DNA of 64,000 nt from Dimorphilus gyrociliatus (Eukaryota > Animalia > Annelida): NCBI GenBank assembly GCA_904063045.1, contig CAJFCJ010000018.1:868001-932000 (forward strand), read 5' to 3'. The notes beneath the pieces were generated by a model, which had not been told where the DNA came from, did not search any database, and saw only the letters and a list, made by a program, of their open reading frames with translations. Numbering within the stretch: the first letter of the stretch is position 1; each line of letters begins with the position of its first letter. Positions 28,789 through 41,533 of the stretch are shown here, piece after piece. The position numbers and the translations under genes were made by a program.

Positions 28789-29661
28789 AATGTAGAGGCG
28801 TTGGCTTTAGGAGAAATACAGATAAATCCTTACATGTATTGTAAATTTTAATATCTGACATACATAGAGTTTATGTTTAAAATTTTAACGTAGACGTTTT
28901 CCAAGCAAGTAATATATTAAAATAAAAAAGAAAGAGAAAAAACATATTTACCTTTCCTGTTTCCTCCTTATAAGCAAAAAATACCGGCTAGCCACCAGTT
29001 TTCGTTAAGGCGTAAGTACAGCGGGAAAAATCTGAAACATGAACTTCGATTATTTTCAATTGAATTGTAGGCTATGCTATCTCATATCACTAGACTGTAT
29101 TGATTATCTTTGTAGAGTAATTCTAGACCAAAATATTTAGCGTTGTGGGAAGAAGGAGTAAATTCATTAGAAAAAGCTAAGGTTTGTTTGCAATAATCAT
29201 AAGCTTTTTTGTGAAATTTATATTATAGTTATTAGAGCTGTCGTAGAGCACGTGTTAACACGTATGATAACTACTCAGAGCTTGTAATAGTTTTTCGAAA
29301 GTTCTTTGGTCACTATTGCCAAAGAATCTGATGAATCATTCTAAAACTTGGTCGTAAAGTTAATCGAAAGATCCTTTTTGACGAATCAGAGAATAGTACG
29401 AAGAGATTTTATATAGTTCGACCCTGTATTAGAAATAATTACTCGCCCAAAAGACAGAATTTCAACGCCATCTGCCTAGCGGTTCTTGCTATTTTTAGAA
29501 GCAGTTGCAACTTGGTGGGACTGATTCTCACACAATATAAGTGAAGATTTTAGACTACAGAAACATCATTTTGGATTGTACGTAGGATTATAGGTAAGTT
29601 ATACATCTATAGAAACGTAACATCACTGATAAGATCTACAAGCAGCTTTGAAAATCGATAA

Positions 29662-32067
29662 ATGATCACTGAAAAAATCGAAAATTCACTAGAGCCATCT
29701 TCAGGATCGGCTGATATGGATAAGGATGTCAAAGTGGAGCTTATTGGCTATGAAGAAATTGATGAATCAAATCACCGACGCTGTTGTATACTGAACGTAA
29801 TGGCTCCTAGGTACTTATCCAAACAAGTGTTAGCTGGATTTGATAAGTATAAAGTAAGTAACTTTTTGCTACTATCTTCTTCCGAAAATTACATCAGAAA
29901 ATTAATTAACTTTTTTATAAAAGCATGACAAAATTTCTATTGTATTACTAGCAGTTAAAGTTAAATGCACCCATATTAATGAGGTTCAATTAATTCGTGC
30001 AATTTTGTAGTACAGCTCGGTCGATAATAGTCCACTTAGTAATTATGTCACTCACCCATTTTGGAACTGGCTAGTAGAGGTAAGTTATAAGACTACTCCT
30101 ACTAAAAATTTTACCTTTTTCTCAATCTGAATCTCTTACTTTCAGTTTTTCCCCCGATGGATTGCGCCGAACCTTCTCACTTTTCTCGGGTTTATGTTTC
30201 TGATCCTTCATTTTGTCATAGTATCGATATATGATTGGGATTTTTATGCAGCTTCGGATACTCACCCAGAATATCCTCCGATACCTCGATGGGTCTGGAT
30301 AGTCTCTTCAATATGTATTTTTGTAGCTCATCAATTAGGTAATCATTTAGTACATGATATTTTAACTCAATATAAAAGTTCCTTCTCTTAAAAGTAATGA
30401 TAAATTCGATCGTTAACATGAGAAATTAGTGTAAAAGAATTACCACGTGGCTTTCCTGTATCCCTTCAACGTAGTAAAATATAGTTTACAGGCCTAAGGC
30501 AGCCAATGTGTTATAGATATACAATTCATGTTTTAAAAAATTAAATATTTACCAATTACTCTTTTGGAATGAGTTTTTAATTAATGAACAAGAAGTCATA
30601 ATCTTATAAAAAAAAGATATTTAACGGCTTATTTTATATATCTAAGACAGCATAAAATGAATATAAATCGCACAGCTGTTGCCAATTGATCATATTTCTC
30701 TACAATTATTATTTTTAGATGGAATTGATGGAAAGCAAGCAAGAAGGACAAAATCAAGTACACCTTTGGGTGAACTCTTCGATCATGGATTGGATAGTTG
30801 GGCTACAACTTTTTTTACACTTGGACTTTATTCAGTTTTTGGTAGAGCTGATTATTCAGTTGACGTTCATAGATTCTTTTTTGTAATGGTTACTGTAAGT
30901 AATATTGACCATAAGTATCAATTGTCTCAATTGTTTTTCTGAATAGGTTCAAGCTACTTTTATTTTCTCACATTGGGAAAAATATAACACAGGAGTATTA
31001 TTTTTACCTTGGACATACGACTTAAGTCAAATAGTACGTTCTTTGACATTGCTATCATTTTTTAACAGTTCAAGCTATACTGATAATAAAATACAATTAC
31101 ATAATATCATTTTTGATAAGATATGGATTTATTTTACAGGCTATAACCGTTGTATACTTTATAACTTTTTTGGGGAGTTATAAAATATGGAAACAAAATG
31201 TGCCATATATCGATTTGGGTTATGGCTATGTTTTCGAATTTATTATGTACTGTAAGTTAATTTATATATACTCAATTTATAAATATTATCCAGTTATCTA
31301 TTAAATTATTCTACTAAGATAACTAATCTTTCTATGTTTTGTAGCCTCCTTTTTTCTACTATCTTGTCCGATGACCTTTTATAATTTATACAAGTAAGAA
31401 GCAATTTTCCAAACTCATAGGATATAAATAAAATGAAATTTAATTTTCAATTCTTTCTTCAAGGTCATATAAAGAAGGCACTGGTTACAAAAGAGGTTTT
31501 TACGAGGGTATGCGACCACTGTTTGATAATACTATTATGCTTATCCTCTTTTGCTTTTGGTCGTGGACGTCATCAAATCACATACTTCATGCATGTCCTA
31601 GAGTATTTTTAGTCGCCATGGGTACAGTCTTTTCGAATATTACTGTAAGATTATAGTTTACTTATTTTAAAAAAAAATTGATTAATTTAGAGAAAAGGAG
31701 AAAAAAATTAATTGATTTATCACTTACAGAGTCGACTTATCATAGCTCAAATGTCACAGACAAGATGTGAGACTGGAAATTGGTTATTATACCCCTTAGC
31801 AGCTTTGGTAATTTTGCAATTCTTTGTGAAATTATCGAGTAGCGTAGAAAACATATTACTTTATGCTTACTGCATTATTGTTTTAATATCTCACATTCAC
31901 TTTGGAGTTGGAGTTGTTAGTATTAGAATAATTAAATAAGACGCTTACAATCTAAACGAAATATTTCTTTAATTTTATAGGTTAGACAAATGGCAGAACA
32001 TTTAGAAATTGACGTTTTCTCTCTTCAGAGGAAACCTAAACAGAAGAAGCAAGTCAATTCATCATAA
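29662..32067 (+). CDS. EPT1: Ethanolaminephosphotransferase 1 (SELENOI orthologue without Sec)
   Basis: [71 protein letters not shown] (CDP-alcohol phosphotransferase motif), HWEKYNTG; ends ...KQVNSS*(TAA). Confidence 0.93.
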
Positions 32068-32425
32068 ACCTAGAAAATTATTTTGCATTTTTTTTTAAAA
32101 ATTTAATTATTAACGCATTGTGCTGAACATTCCACGTGCATTTTTGTTGACATCTGTTCGATTATGCAATGAACAAATTTATGACAAATGTTGTTGGATG
32201 TAGCTTTTAAAATAGTAAAATGAAATGCACTTTTAATAAATAACCTTTATTTAAAATATTGCTAATTGAAAATTATAGGATCTTCAGTCTGAAATTAAAT
32301 TTGAATCATAGACCAAATTCACAAATTTTCATCAACGAATACTTTACAATTTTGTTTCACCAAACCCTCCAGGAACACTGACTAGACACGAACATGAATA
32401 TTACACTGAATAAAACAGATAAGAC

Positions 32426-32712
32426 TGTTTAGTATTTATACACGCAAGCATAGACACTAAAGAATTATTTGGAATGTAATTTATAAGACGCAAGGAAGCA
32501 TCTGGATTTGTGGAAAAGACATTACATTACATGAAAATTGTCTATACAAATGTAGATGAATTCGCTCGCGTGTTTAGTATTTATACATGCAAGCATAGAC
32601 ACAGAAAGAAATATTTTGGAATATGACGTATGAGATACAATGAAGCATCTGAACTTGTAGAAGAGATACTATATGAAAATTGTCTATAAAAATGCAGATG
32701 GATTCGCTCGCG
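32426..32712. repeat. Diverged tandem duplication, ~145-nt period (end of TSPAN distal exon plus 3' UTR)
   Basis: Units 32426-32570 and 32571-32712 both begin tgtttagtatttatac..gcaagcatagacac and end atgaaaattgtctata..aatg.agatg.attcgctcgcg. Confidence 0.9.
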
Positions 32713-34433
32713 GATCCTTCTGATTTCGAAATCGAACGGCTAGCCAAACTCCTATAATCTGAAACGAGGAATAATAGTTGCGTTATTAAAGTATTACAGG
32801 AGATTTTCATTAAGCCAAAGCAATTTCTACATGCAAATAAATAACTAAGAGGAACACACCTATACAGAATATATATATGTTCTGCATAGGTATATAAAAA
32901 TTAGTGTTTCTCCTTCAGAATAGATAAAGAGCGTTTCTGCTGTCATTTCTGTTTTTATATATAAAATCCATAATTATTTAAAACTATAAGAAAAAAATGA
33001 TAGATGAAGAAATTCAGATATTGAACCGTCACAATTACAACATGATGCATCACAACATATCGTAAAAGAAAGAGGTGTACCTATAAAATTATACTATTCT
33101 ATAAAAAGGAGCTAGGATTTGCGCGTGGATCTTTCTGATTGCGATATCGGACTGTTAGCCAAACTCCGAAAATCTGCGAACGGGTCAACAAATAACTTTT
33201 AACTAAATTTTTTTTTCTAGCATCCTAAACCTCTCAAATAGGTAAAAAAAAATTTAGATGAATAAACAAGAGTTTTACGAAATTGAGCTAAATTTGTAAG
33301 AGAAAGAGACAAACCTCTGTGAAACTAAAGAACAATCCAACTCCACCTGAAATTTTTACCCATTTGCTCATTACGGGTCCCACAACATTCAAGCAAGTCT
33401 GTTTGCACGGACATGTACCCTTTTCTCTCAAGGTACTATTAGTTTCTGCATCCTTTATGCAGCAAGCGTCGTTAGAATCTTTACAACAATCTAGTCCTCC
33501 GCAACTAGGATAACCTAGCGGATCGTTGATAAGTTTTGTCTGATCTTTAAAGCCACAGCATTGAAAGTTACGTTGAACGTCATTTCTGGTATCGTTGCTT
33601 GACTATAAATTAGAAAAAAATTGTTTTTCAATGATATGAGAAAAATATGTAAACATGTTTATCAGATTAAATTATAATAAATTTAATAGATTAAATCGTA
33701 AACAAAATTTGAAATTAGTAACATACCTTTCTCCATCCCATCTCGAACATGGTTTGTTGTTGCGAGGTATTCGAAGCCAAACAGGCGCAAGCAATAGCGA
33801 ATTGGATGAGAAACAATAGAAATAAAATAAGCATATACTGAACTTTAAGTTAAGGATCAATTCGATATTATATCACTAAAATTTTTAATAGTCTTTTCTT
33901 ACGTAATACTATATATGTAAACATATTTATAAAAGGATACAAAAAATAATAAGACTTGATGATGTTTAACTGCTCCAATCAAGCCTATGATGGATATAAT
34001 AAGCAGGAATGTGCCACAAGCTATTATACCGCCAACAATCGGTACACTAGAGACAATCGCAACTGCTTTAGCATATCCCGCTAAGGAAATTAGGACAATG
34101 GCAACAATCTGAAAGATATTATCATTTTACTATTAATAATCAGTTAAAGCTAAAAGAACGTAAATAAAGATATTATTTTCAAGCTAAGAATTATTTCGAC
34201 GGTGAAAATGTATCATTTCACTAGAAAAGGGTTCTAAGGATATCGTAGAATAAGTTTTCACTCAAAACTGAATCTGGAGATTATTTTATGAATATCGACT
34301 AGCGAAACATCTGCGTTTGATTCATGGACAATCGACTTGATCATGATATATATCTTAACAACCAACTTACCAGATACAATACATTTAAGATAGCTAGAGA
34401 ATATTTCGAGCAGGCAAAACCACCACAAGCCAT
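32684..34433 (-). CDS. TSPAN13/31: Tetraspanin 13/31 with two alternative terminal coding exons (33099-33173 and 32684-32758)
   Basis: [13 protein letters not shown]..., [21 protein letters not shown]|, then either [24 protein letters not shown] or [24 protein letters not shown]. Confidence 0.93.
33838..33940 (-). other. U12-type GT-AG intron in TSPAN13/31
   Basis: TTT TTT|GTATCCTTTT...GATCCTTAAC(33856-33849)TTAAAGTTCAG|TAT ATG restores LLFFYM. Confidence 0.9.
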
Positions 34434-34860
34434 AGTAGATTGAAAAAATTCTTTCACTAAAATCTGTTTCGAAAACGGCAACACGCGTAATAGGGCTTCC
34501 CCGGCCTCGTTTTCGTTTATGACAATTTAATATTGGCTGGATACCAGTTCCCACTAGTTTTTTTTCAAAATTTTATTCGATTTAAAAAAAATCCACGTGT
34601 TCAACATATGCAAATATTTCCTGGTTATTCTTATATTTAAATAGAAAAAATATTTTATTGAATAAAGAGGACGTTGATGCGAATATGAACGATTAAGAGT
34701 TATTATTCTTTAACTCTTACGCAACGAATTAGTAAAAGCATATTAGGCCTAAAATTTCACTCATAGCCGTATGACAGCTAATGTCTACAATCCGGGTGTA
34801 CACGTGTCTGTTTATTGCTTAATATAAATCTAGACTAACCAACAAATTAATACTAATAAT

Positions 34861-37667
34861 TTAAAAGTTATTTTGTATATCTTTCAAAATCTCATCCTCA
34901 TGACAACGGGTTCTATTTGAAAATTTTGGTGTTTTTGGTTCAGTTAGCGGCTTAGGAGAGAAAGGATGAACAGGCTTATAAGTGCGGATGGGATTTGCCT
35001 TAAGAATAGTCTTCTTTCTTGCTTCTTCGGCAAGACTTCTCTCCATTTCTTCTTTTTCTCTTTTTCTAGCTGCCTGTAAAGCAGCTTTTTCCTCTTCAGC
35101 TTGTCGCTTCCATGATTCGTAATCCTCTCTTTCCATTGCCCTCTTTTCAGTTGCAAATTGAAAACCTTCAGGATGTGTGATTGGTTTTTTATCAATTTTA
35201 GGAGCAAATGGTTTCGATTTTAGGATGACCGGGTCCTTAGCTTTAAATTCCGCTTCTTTTCTAAGCTTTTCTTCTTCTTCTGAAATTAGATGAGCCAGTT
35301 TTTCTTTATACTTTTCGCCTCTCTCGTCAACAAGGAAATCAAATGGTTTGGGCTTTGTAATAGGAATTTCTTTTGGGGCTGGTAAATTATGTGGATTCTC
35401 AACAGAATAGGGTAAAAGTGTTGCCTCAAAGTGTCTCATCTCTTTCTCTTTTTTCAACTCTTTTTCAACAAACTTATCCCGATGTTCAAGCATTGCTTTC
35501 GAACGTTTATAAACAATGGGTGTAGATGCCTCCGCGGAAACTTTATGGTTGGTCGCAGATTTCGGTATGAAAGGCACACCGTGATGTACTTTAGTTTTAT
35601 GCTCATTATTATTTTTGGGCTTCTCCACAGTGACCGGTTTTTGGGGACGTGACCTCTGTCTAGTTTGAAAAGCAGGAGATTCAGGAACGGTTATCGGAGC
35701 AGTTTCAACGGTTGGAATACCAATAGCATGTTTTAATATATGTTTAGGAGCTGGTTTCGCATGAAAATGGACTATTGATTCATCCATATTTTCATGCTCC
35801 TTTCGAGGTCGATGACTACTTTCAAAATCGAAAGGTTCAATAACAGTCGCGGGTTTTGCATCAGGCTTTTTTAGTTTTGGAACCTCCATAACTTTCTTAT
35901 TAACAGAGTGGGCTTTAAACTGATGCCTAAAAAACGATAATTATTTAACCTAATTGCAACATTTAAATAAAAATTTGCTCATACTTATTCATATCTTCTA
36001 TTTCCAACTCTTCCTTTTCTCTTGCTGAGAGAATGGTTGTATGTCTTCTTGGATGTTTGGAAAAGTTAGGTGTTTTAGGGACAGTGACGGTCAGTCTCGT
36101 TTTCTTCGGAAGGTCGGGTCCTGTAATAAACGGTTTCAAGTTTATATTATGAAATATCAAGATATTTAATTACTGTACCTGCATTTCGTTTTGAAGTTCG
36201 AAAACGATCTGGAGTTTTGCTGGAGAAGGCATTAACTTTTTCAGCGTCAGTTTTATACGTTTCAACATTTTTTTTTGCATGCATTTCATGAAAATGAAAT
36301 GGTTGAGGTATTGTAGGACCTATTTTATGAGGTTTGGAAATATGTCGAGATCGAAGACCGTTTGCAAACTCATTATCAATCTGATCTTGTTTATGATTAC
36401 TACGAAGACGAGAGTCCGAGGCGAAATGAAACTCTTCCGGCCTTGTCGGAGATTTGGGTGTTGGTTTTTGGACTCGAGAGGTTGCTGTTTTATTCTTTAT
36501 TAAGTTAGCTTTATTTTTAATAGAAGCTTTTCTCATTTCTTCTTTTTTTCGATTAATTTCTTGCAATTGCTGATCTTCTGTGGATTTCGGCTTTGCATTT
36601 CTATTCCTCCTATAAATACTTCTTTTGCGACTGTTTTAATCAGAAAATTAAAATTACGAACCTCATAAATTCCGGAGTTGTTGGTATTGTTGGCAATTTT
36701 ATACTGGATGAAGAAGATGAAGCTGTAGAAACGCTGGAAGCATTTCTGGTTCTTGTATGAGGTGAACTAACAAAGAATTAAGATAAATTCTATAATATAA
36801 GTGTTAATTTAGATATTGTATTTAAATCTTACGTTTCGTTCTTTAGTTTTTGTATAGATTTATCTACAATTTTCTTTCTTGTTGGATGTGGATGTCTACA
36901 ATTGCAAAGCACACAGTTAATGATAGACTAGAAATTTAAAATCTAACTTACGCTGATGAATTGTTAGCAACTTTACATTTAGCTTTCATTTTATCCCACT
37001 CTTCAAAGTTAGTACAAAGATTTCTTGGTGGTCTTCTTGAATTATTCTTATTTTCACTCGTATCTTCATTGGAAATATCTAATAGTTTTTTTTATAGATT
37101 AATACAAAAGCGGTAAACTGGCATTTCATTATATAACTTTCTCAGGAAACGAGAACGTTAAATAACTTTCACTGATTGTAATAGCAAGAGTACCTTTTAC
37201 TTGTTCCTCAGGTTGGGTTTGCTCTTCATTTGCCTCCTTATTTACTTCCTCAGTTTCTTCTTCTCTTTCTTCTTCTTTTTCAACTTCGTTCTCTTCTTCA
37301 TTTTCGTCTTCATTTTCTTCTTCATTATGTACTTCGCTGACTTCCTCATGTAATCCTTCCTCCTCAACTTCTTCATGGTCTGAACTACCTGCCGTCTCGT
37401 AATCATCAATAGCTGAATCCGACTGACTGTCATGCTTCTGAGAGCCTAGTTTCTCGTGATCAACTCCTGTAATACATTAGAGAATAAAAATATAGTGAAG
37501 TTTAGCTCAAAGTAAACACAACTAAAACTTCACTTACCAAAGTATTGGTCGGCATCTTCTCTATTAGAAAATGGATTCTGGCCAAGCCTAACATCCTCAA
37601 AGTCATGATAATACTTTGGCCCATCCAATTTATCCAACCAGTCCTCGTTTGGAGTTGAATCAACCAT
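34861..37667 (-). CDS. TPX2: Targeting protein for Xklp2
   Basis: N-terminal DGPKYYDF...DADQYF (Aurora-A-binding-like), PEEFHFASDSR, TIPQPFHF, TVPKTPNFS, TVPESPAFQTR, C-terminal KANPIRTYKP...LTEPKTPKFSNR. Confidence 0.9.
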
Positions 37668-37949
37668 ATTCGTCTCACGAATTAAAAAAAAGTGTTAAAA
37701 ACAGACTCAAATTTAACCGACCGAAGATGGCGATTTGAATGAACCAATGAGCTCTCTCTAAAAATTTTCGTATAAATTCAAAACAAACACATTTAATAGC
37801 GTTTTCTTAAAATAAATAATTTATTTTATTTGAAAATATTATTACATAATAATGAAATAGTAAAATTAATTTACGAAAATATCCGACTATTCAAGATGGC
37901 GCTTGATTGAACATTAGTACTTTGATAAACAAAGTTTATAAGTCATAAC

Positions 37950-40176
37950 ATGAGCGTCAAGATTGAGGACAAGGATAAAGTTCATCGTGGAAATGCCGAG
38001 GTTTGGAAGTGGATCAAACGAACTGAATCAGAAGCGTCATTGGCCGTTAATTTAGGTTAGAAAATATTCGTTCAATAAATTTGTGATGAATAATTCATTA
38101 AACTAATTTTGTTTAGGCGATGAATTTCAAGTTGGTCTGACTGATCTAGCCGAGGATAAGGAAATAGCAACTAAAGCAGTTGCTTTTGTTGTTAATGCAT
38201 CGAGAAAAGGGATTGTCAAACTTTGTTCTGAAGTTGGATCTATCATGAAAGAAAGGCAAAAGTAAGTTTGTTGCTTTTACAATTTTTCATTCATCGCTAT
38301 CCTCAGCTGATCTTAAATTTCATAAGATTGTAGAATTTAGTGGGTACTAATGTTGTTTTGTATGCAAAACAGCGTAAATCCATTCATTTAAGTTGTTCTT
38401 GAACACTCGGTTTTCTTTTCATTCACAAAAACTGTCAAAAGAGCCGTGAGAGTTTTATTGAAAAGAATCCTTTTTATTTATGAAGAGGGTAGTTGACAAA
38501 AAATGTTGCATAAGATACGACTTTACACCAAATGATTGCGCCAAGGAATGTGAAACTTGCGGTTTTAATGATAGATTTATAAGCTGGAGAAATGCCCAAT
38601 TACGTATGCACAGAAATTCGATCTGTAAACGCATTTATAATTTTGTTTTTGTTATTGGCTTTTTTTTGAATGTTCATATTTACACAGGTTTTTACACAAG
38701 TAAAACTAGTACGAATAAACTTGATATGCTCGTTTAGAGACGTTAAATTATTTTTTTTTCAGATTGGAAAAGAAAATACGATGTCTAAAAATACAAAACT
38801 CTTCCCTACGGCGAGTTCTAGACAATTCTGTTGCCTCAAGTGATTCTTCTAGTCCTGCCCCTCAAAGGTTTATATTTTCAATTGATTTTATGGTCATGTA
38901 GTTTATACAATCGTTATTCGCCTACGCAGTTGCCATACAGATTCAAGATCTAGCCTATGCTGTAATAGATCAGACAGCGGATTTCTTGTCGATTCTCCGT
39001 CTCCCTCGTCTTCATTTAACAGATCACATAGTGTTCCGTCTCCCGTTGACGACAAATCTGTCAGGCCTAATCTACTCACTGTTGAAAATGAGGAAAATCA
39101 TACCAGGGTACACAAAAAGTCATTACCGGAGATTGTATCTTCTCCCGACCAAAATGTTGTTCGAGTAAATGCTAGAAATTTATTAGAAGAAAATTTGGAG
39201 CTTAAGAAAATGTTACATAGAGCCAACCTCGAAATAGAACGCCTTAAAAAATTGTCGAGACGTCGACCATCTAATCAAGAAATCTTTTTCGAAGACGAGT
39301 GTCAGCGTTCTTCTGATTTGGATAGGTAAATAACAAATCTCATTAGGTTACTGTACACATTTTAACTTGTATCTACACCTTCTCCATTCAGTCCGAGAAG
39401 TGACAATAGCTTTGGGGCTGTAGCCAAGCCATTCTCAACAACATATCCCCTCCAACAAACTGGAGCAATATCGACCTGCATTTGCTCTAGTTGTGCTAAA
39501 TTGAAAAATAAGAGTAATAGCTCAATAAGGTAATAATAGATAAATTTGATAAAGTGTTTATTCTATAAGATTTTACCCCTATCATTGTACAGAGATGGAC
39601 CAGTAAAAGTCGGCCAAAGAGTTACACTCAAAGATCAAAGATGGGGCATAGTTAAATACGTTGGCCACTTAGAGGATACCGGTGAGCCAAATCTATTGTT
39701 TATTGGTGTTGAACTAAAAACCACTAGCGGAAAAAATGATGGCACGTTTAAAAATAAACGCTATTTTGATTGTGAACCTGGAACTGGAATATTTGTTTCT
39801 GTTAGCGACATTATTGAAGTAGGAGATGCGACCGCTCAAGCGATACCAATTATACGGCGCTATTCAGCAGACTATGATGATCCTACGGATAGTCCATTTA
39901 AGAATCCTTCTCGGAAGGGCTACTCATTACCAATGGAATCTTCAAAATCCCATCAATTAAAAGTTGAACCTAAGCCTTCGGAGAGCTCACTTAGATTATG
40001 TCAGAGCGATGGCTTAACAAGATCAAAGTCACCTGTTCCCGAAATGCATATTATTGATATGGACCTAAGGTAACTTGCATCTGAAAGTTATCCAATTAAA
40101 GATGTTTAACACTTAATTATGACAAAATTTTACTCAGAAATTCTTTAGAAATGTAGACAACTCTTATCACTATTAG
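37950..40176 (+). CDS. Uncharacterised coiled-coil + CAP-Gly domain protein
   Basis: Six in-phase exons; CAP-Gly VGQRVTLKDQRWGIVKYVG...FIGVEL...GKNDGTFKNKRYFDCEPGTGIFV; coiled coils LEKKIRCLKIQNSSLRR and LEENLELKKMLHRANLEIERLKK. Confidence 0.75.
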
Positions 40177-40996
40177 AAAATGACAATAGCAGTTTTTGCT
40201 TAATCTGATAAAAAATGAAATCAAATTAGATTTACGTTTAGTAAGGTTGTCTTCTATTCTGAAGGAAATTAAAAATCTGTGCTAAAAATTTGATTAACCA
40301 AACACGAATGTGATATTTCTCGCTGTGATCTTTTGTTATTTAATTTAGTTTTAGAATCTCACAATTTTTTTTTTGCTATCTGTTCTGTTCTACAAGAAAA
40401 CAAATGTTGAAACTCAAATAATAAAATTGTTATAATAAAAAACGAATTAAAAGTTTTGGTTTATTTTATTTTTCTTTTAGTTAAGTAAACTGGTATCTTC
40501 CAAGAATTCTTTTTTTATAAAGAATGTATTTCCTTATATAAATATTTCGATTGTTAGGCTGTTAAAATAAGATTGTAACAAACATAAGATAGAAGAAGAA
40601 AAAGATTGTTAATGGTCAAACATTTCTATCTTTTAACGAGATAGACCGTAAATCTATATATCATTCAAGATTTTCAATACTTCGGTAAATAGTCTAACGA
40701 ATTTTCAAGTGTTCAATAAAAAATCTATAGTACAGCCAAACAAAGCGATTCAGACTACTTTATTTTATCTATAAGTCTTACATTTTTCATTATTTCCTAT
40801 TTATATCAAGTATGTTTTTTTTTTTATTAAAAATGGTAGCCAAATTGCTGTTGATTTACTTTTAAGCCTATATCATAAATGTGATATATGTATAAGGGTA
40901 TATTGATCGTGTTTATTTATCTACTTAACGAGTTGTCTACTAATTAGAATATTGGTTCATTTATAATGTTTTATAATCAGTAGAAATGTTCACGTA

Positions 40997-41011
40997 AGGT
41001 CATTGTGACCT
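40997..41011. promoter_or_regulatory. Perfect IR3 nuclear-receptor palindrome (ERE consensus)
   Basis: AGGTCA-TTG-TGACCT, flanked to give AAGGTCATTGTGACCTT. Confidence 0.55.
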
Positions 41012-41415
41012 TAAAATTTTTTTTAAGTTGGCGTTCATCTTAAGTAATCTTAAAATTTTTCTTTCAGCCTAGCTATTTACTATTAGTCAGGCTGAAGCAA
41101 CCTGTCTTATAACAATTTGTATTATTTAGAACAAGTTGTCGTCAAAATTGAAGAAGTATGTGAGAATTCTTTATAGGACAAAAACATGACAAGTGTGTGG
41201 TTTTTGCTTTTTGAAATTGTTTTGCTATTTTATTATGAATAATATTTTGATGAATGATTGAACAATTGGGTTTAAAATCGTAAGATAAAGGATGATTTTT
41301 TCCTATCATATTCTTTATAATATAGAATTCTTAAGAAAATCGTTGTCCAAAAAATAAGTCAACCATTGAGCACATTAAAGGAGTTACACAATTTGAAAAA
41401 CAATTTGAATATTAG

Positions 41416-41533
41416 CCAATAAGAAACCAAGAAACCAATTAATTTAAAAGTTGATTGGATAAAAATGGAAAAAATACTTTTTTATGAGCGCGAGAAGAGT
41501 ATAAAAGGGGGTCTAAATTTCTTACAAATTAGT
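41416..41533 (+). promoter_or_regulatory. Focused Pol II promoter: CCAAT x3, TATA, Inr
   Basis: CCAAT 41416 and 41435, ATTGG 41454, TATAAAA 41500-41506, TTAGT Inr with A at 41531 (31 nt from the TATA T). Confidence 0.65.

Noticed and set aside
29250-29263. 14-bp perfect palindrome ACGTGTTAACACGT
   Set aside because: A palindrome this long is expected by chance in 64 kb.
31980-32300. Selenocysteine/SECIS in the SELENOI orthologue
   Set aside because: The CDS ends at TAA after KQVNSS with no in-frame TGA and no evident SECIS; this is an ordinary non-Sec homologue.
37242-37433. Small ORF and other short track ORFs antisense to or frameshifted within genes (e.g. 19711-20019, 34258-34554, 63325-63597)
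   Set aside because: They are explained by overlap with real exons, low-complexity Glu-rich TPX2 sequence, or UTRs.
37733-37750. CHR (TTTGAA) + CCAAT cell-cycle element at the TPX2 promoter
   Set aside because: TTTGAA is too common in this AT-rich DNA and the CDE spacing is non-canonical.
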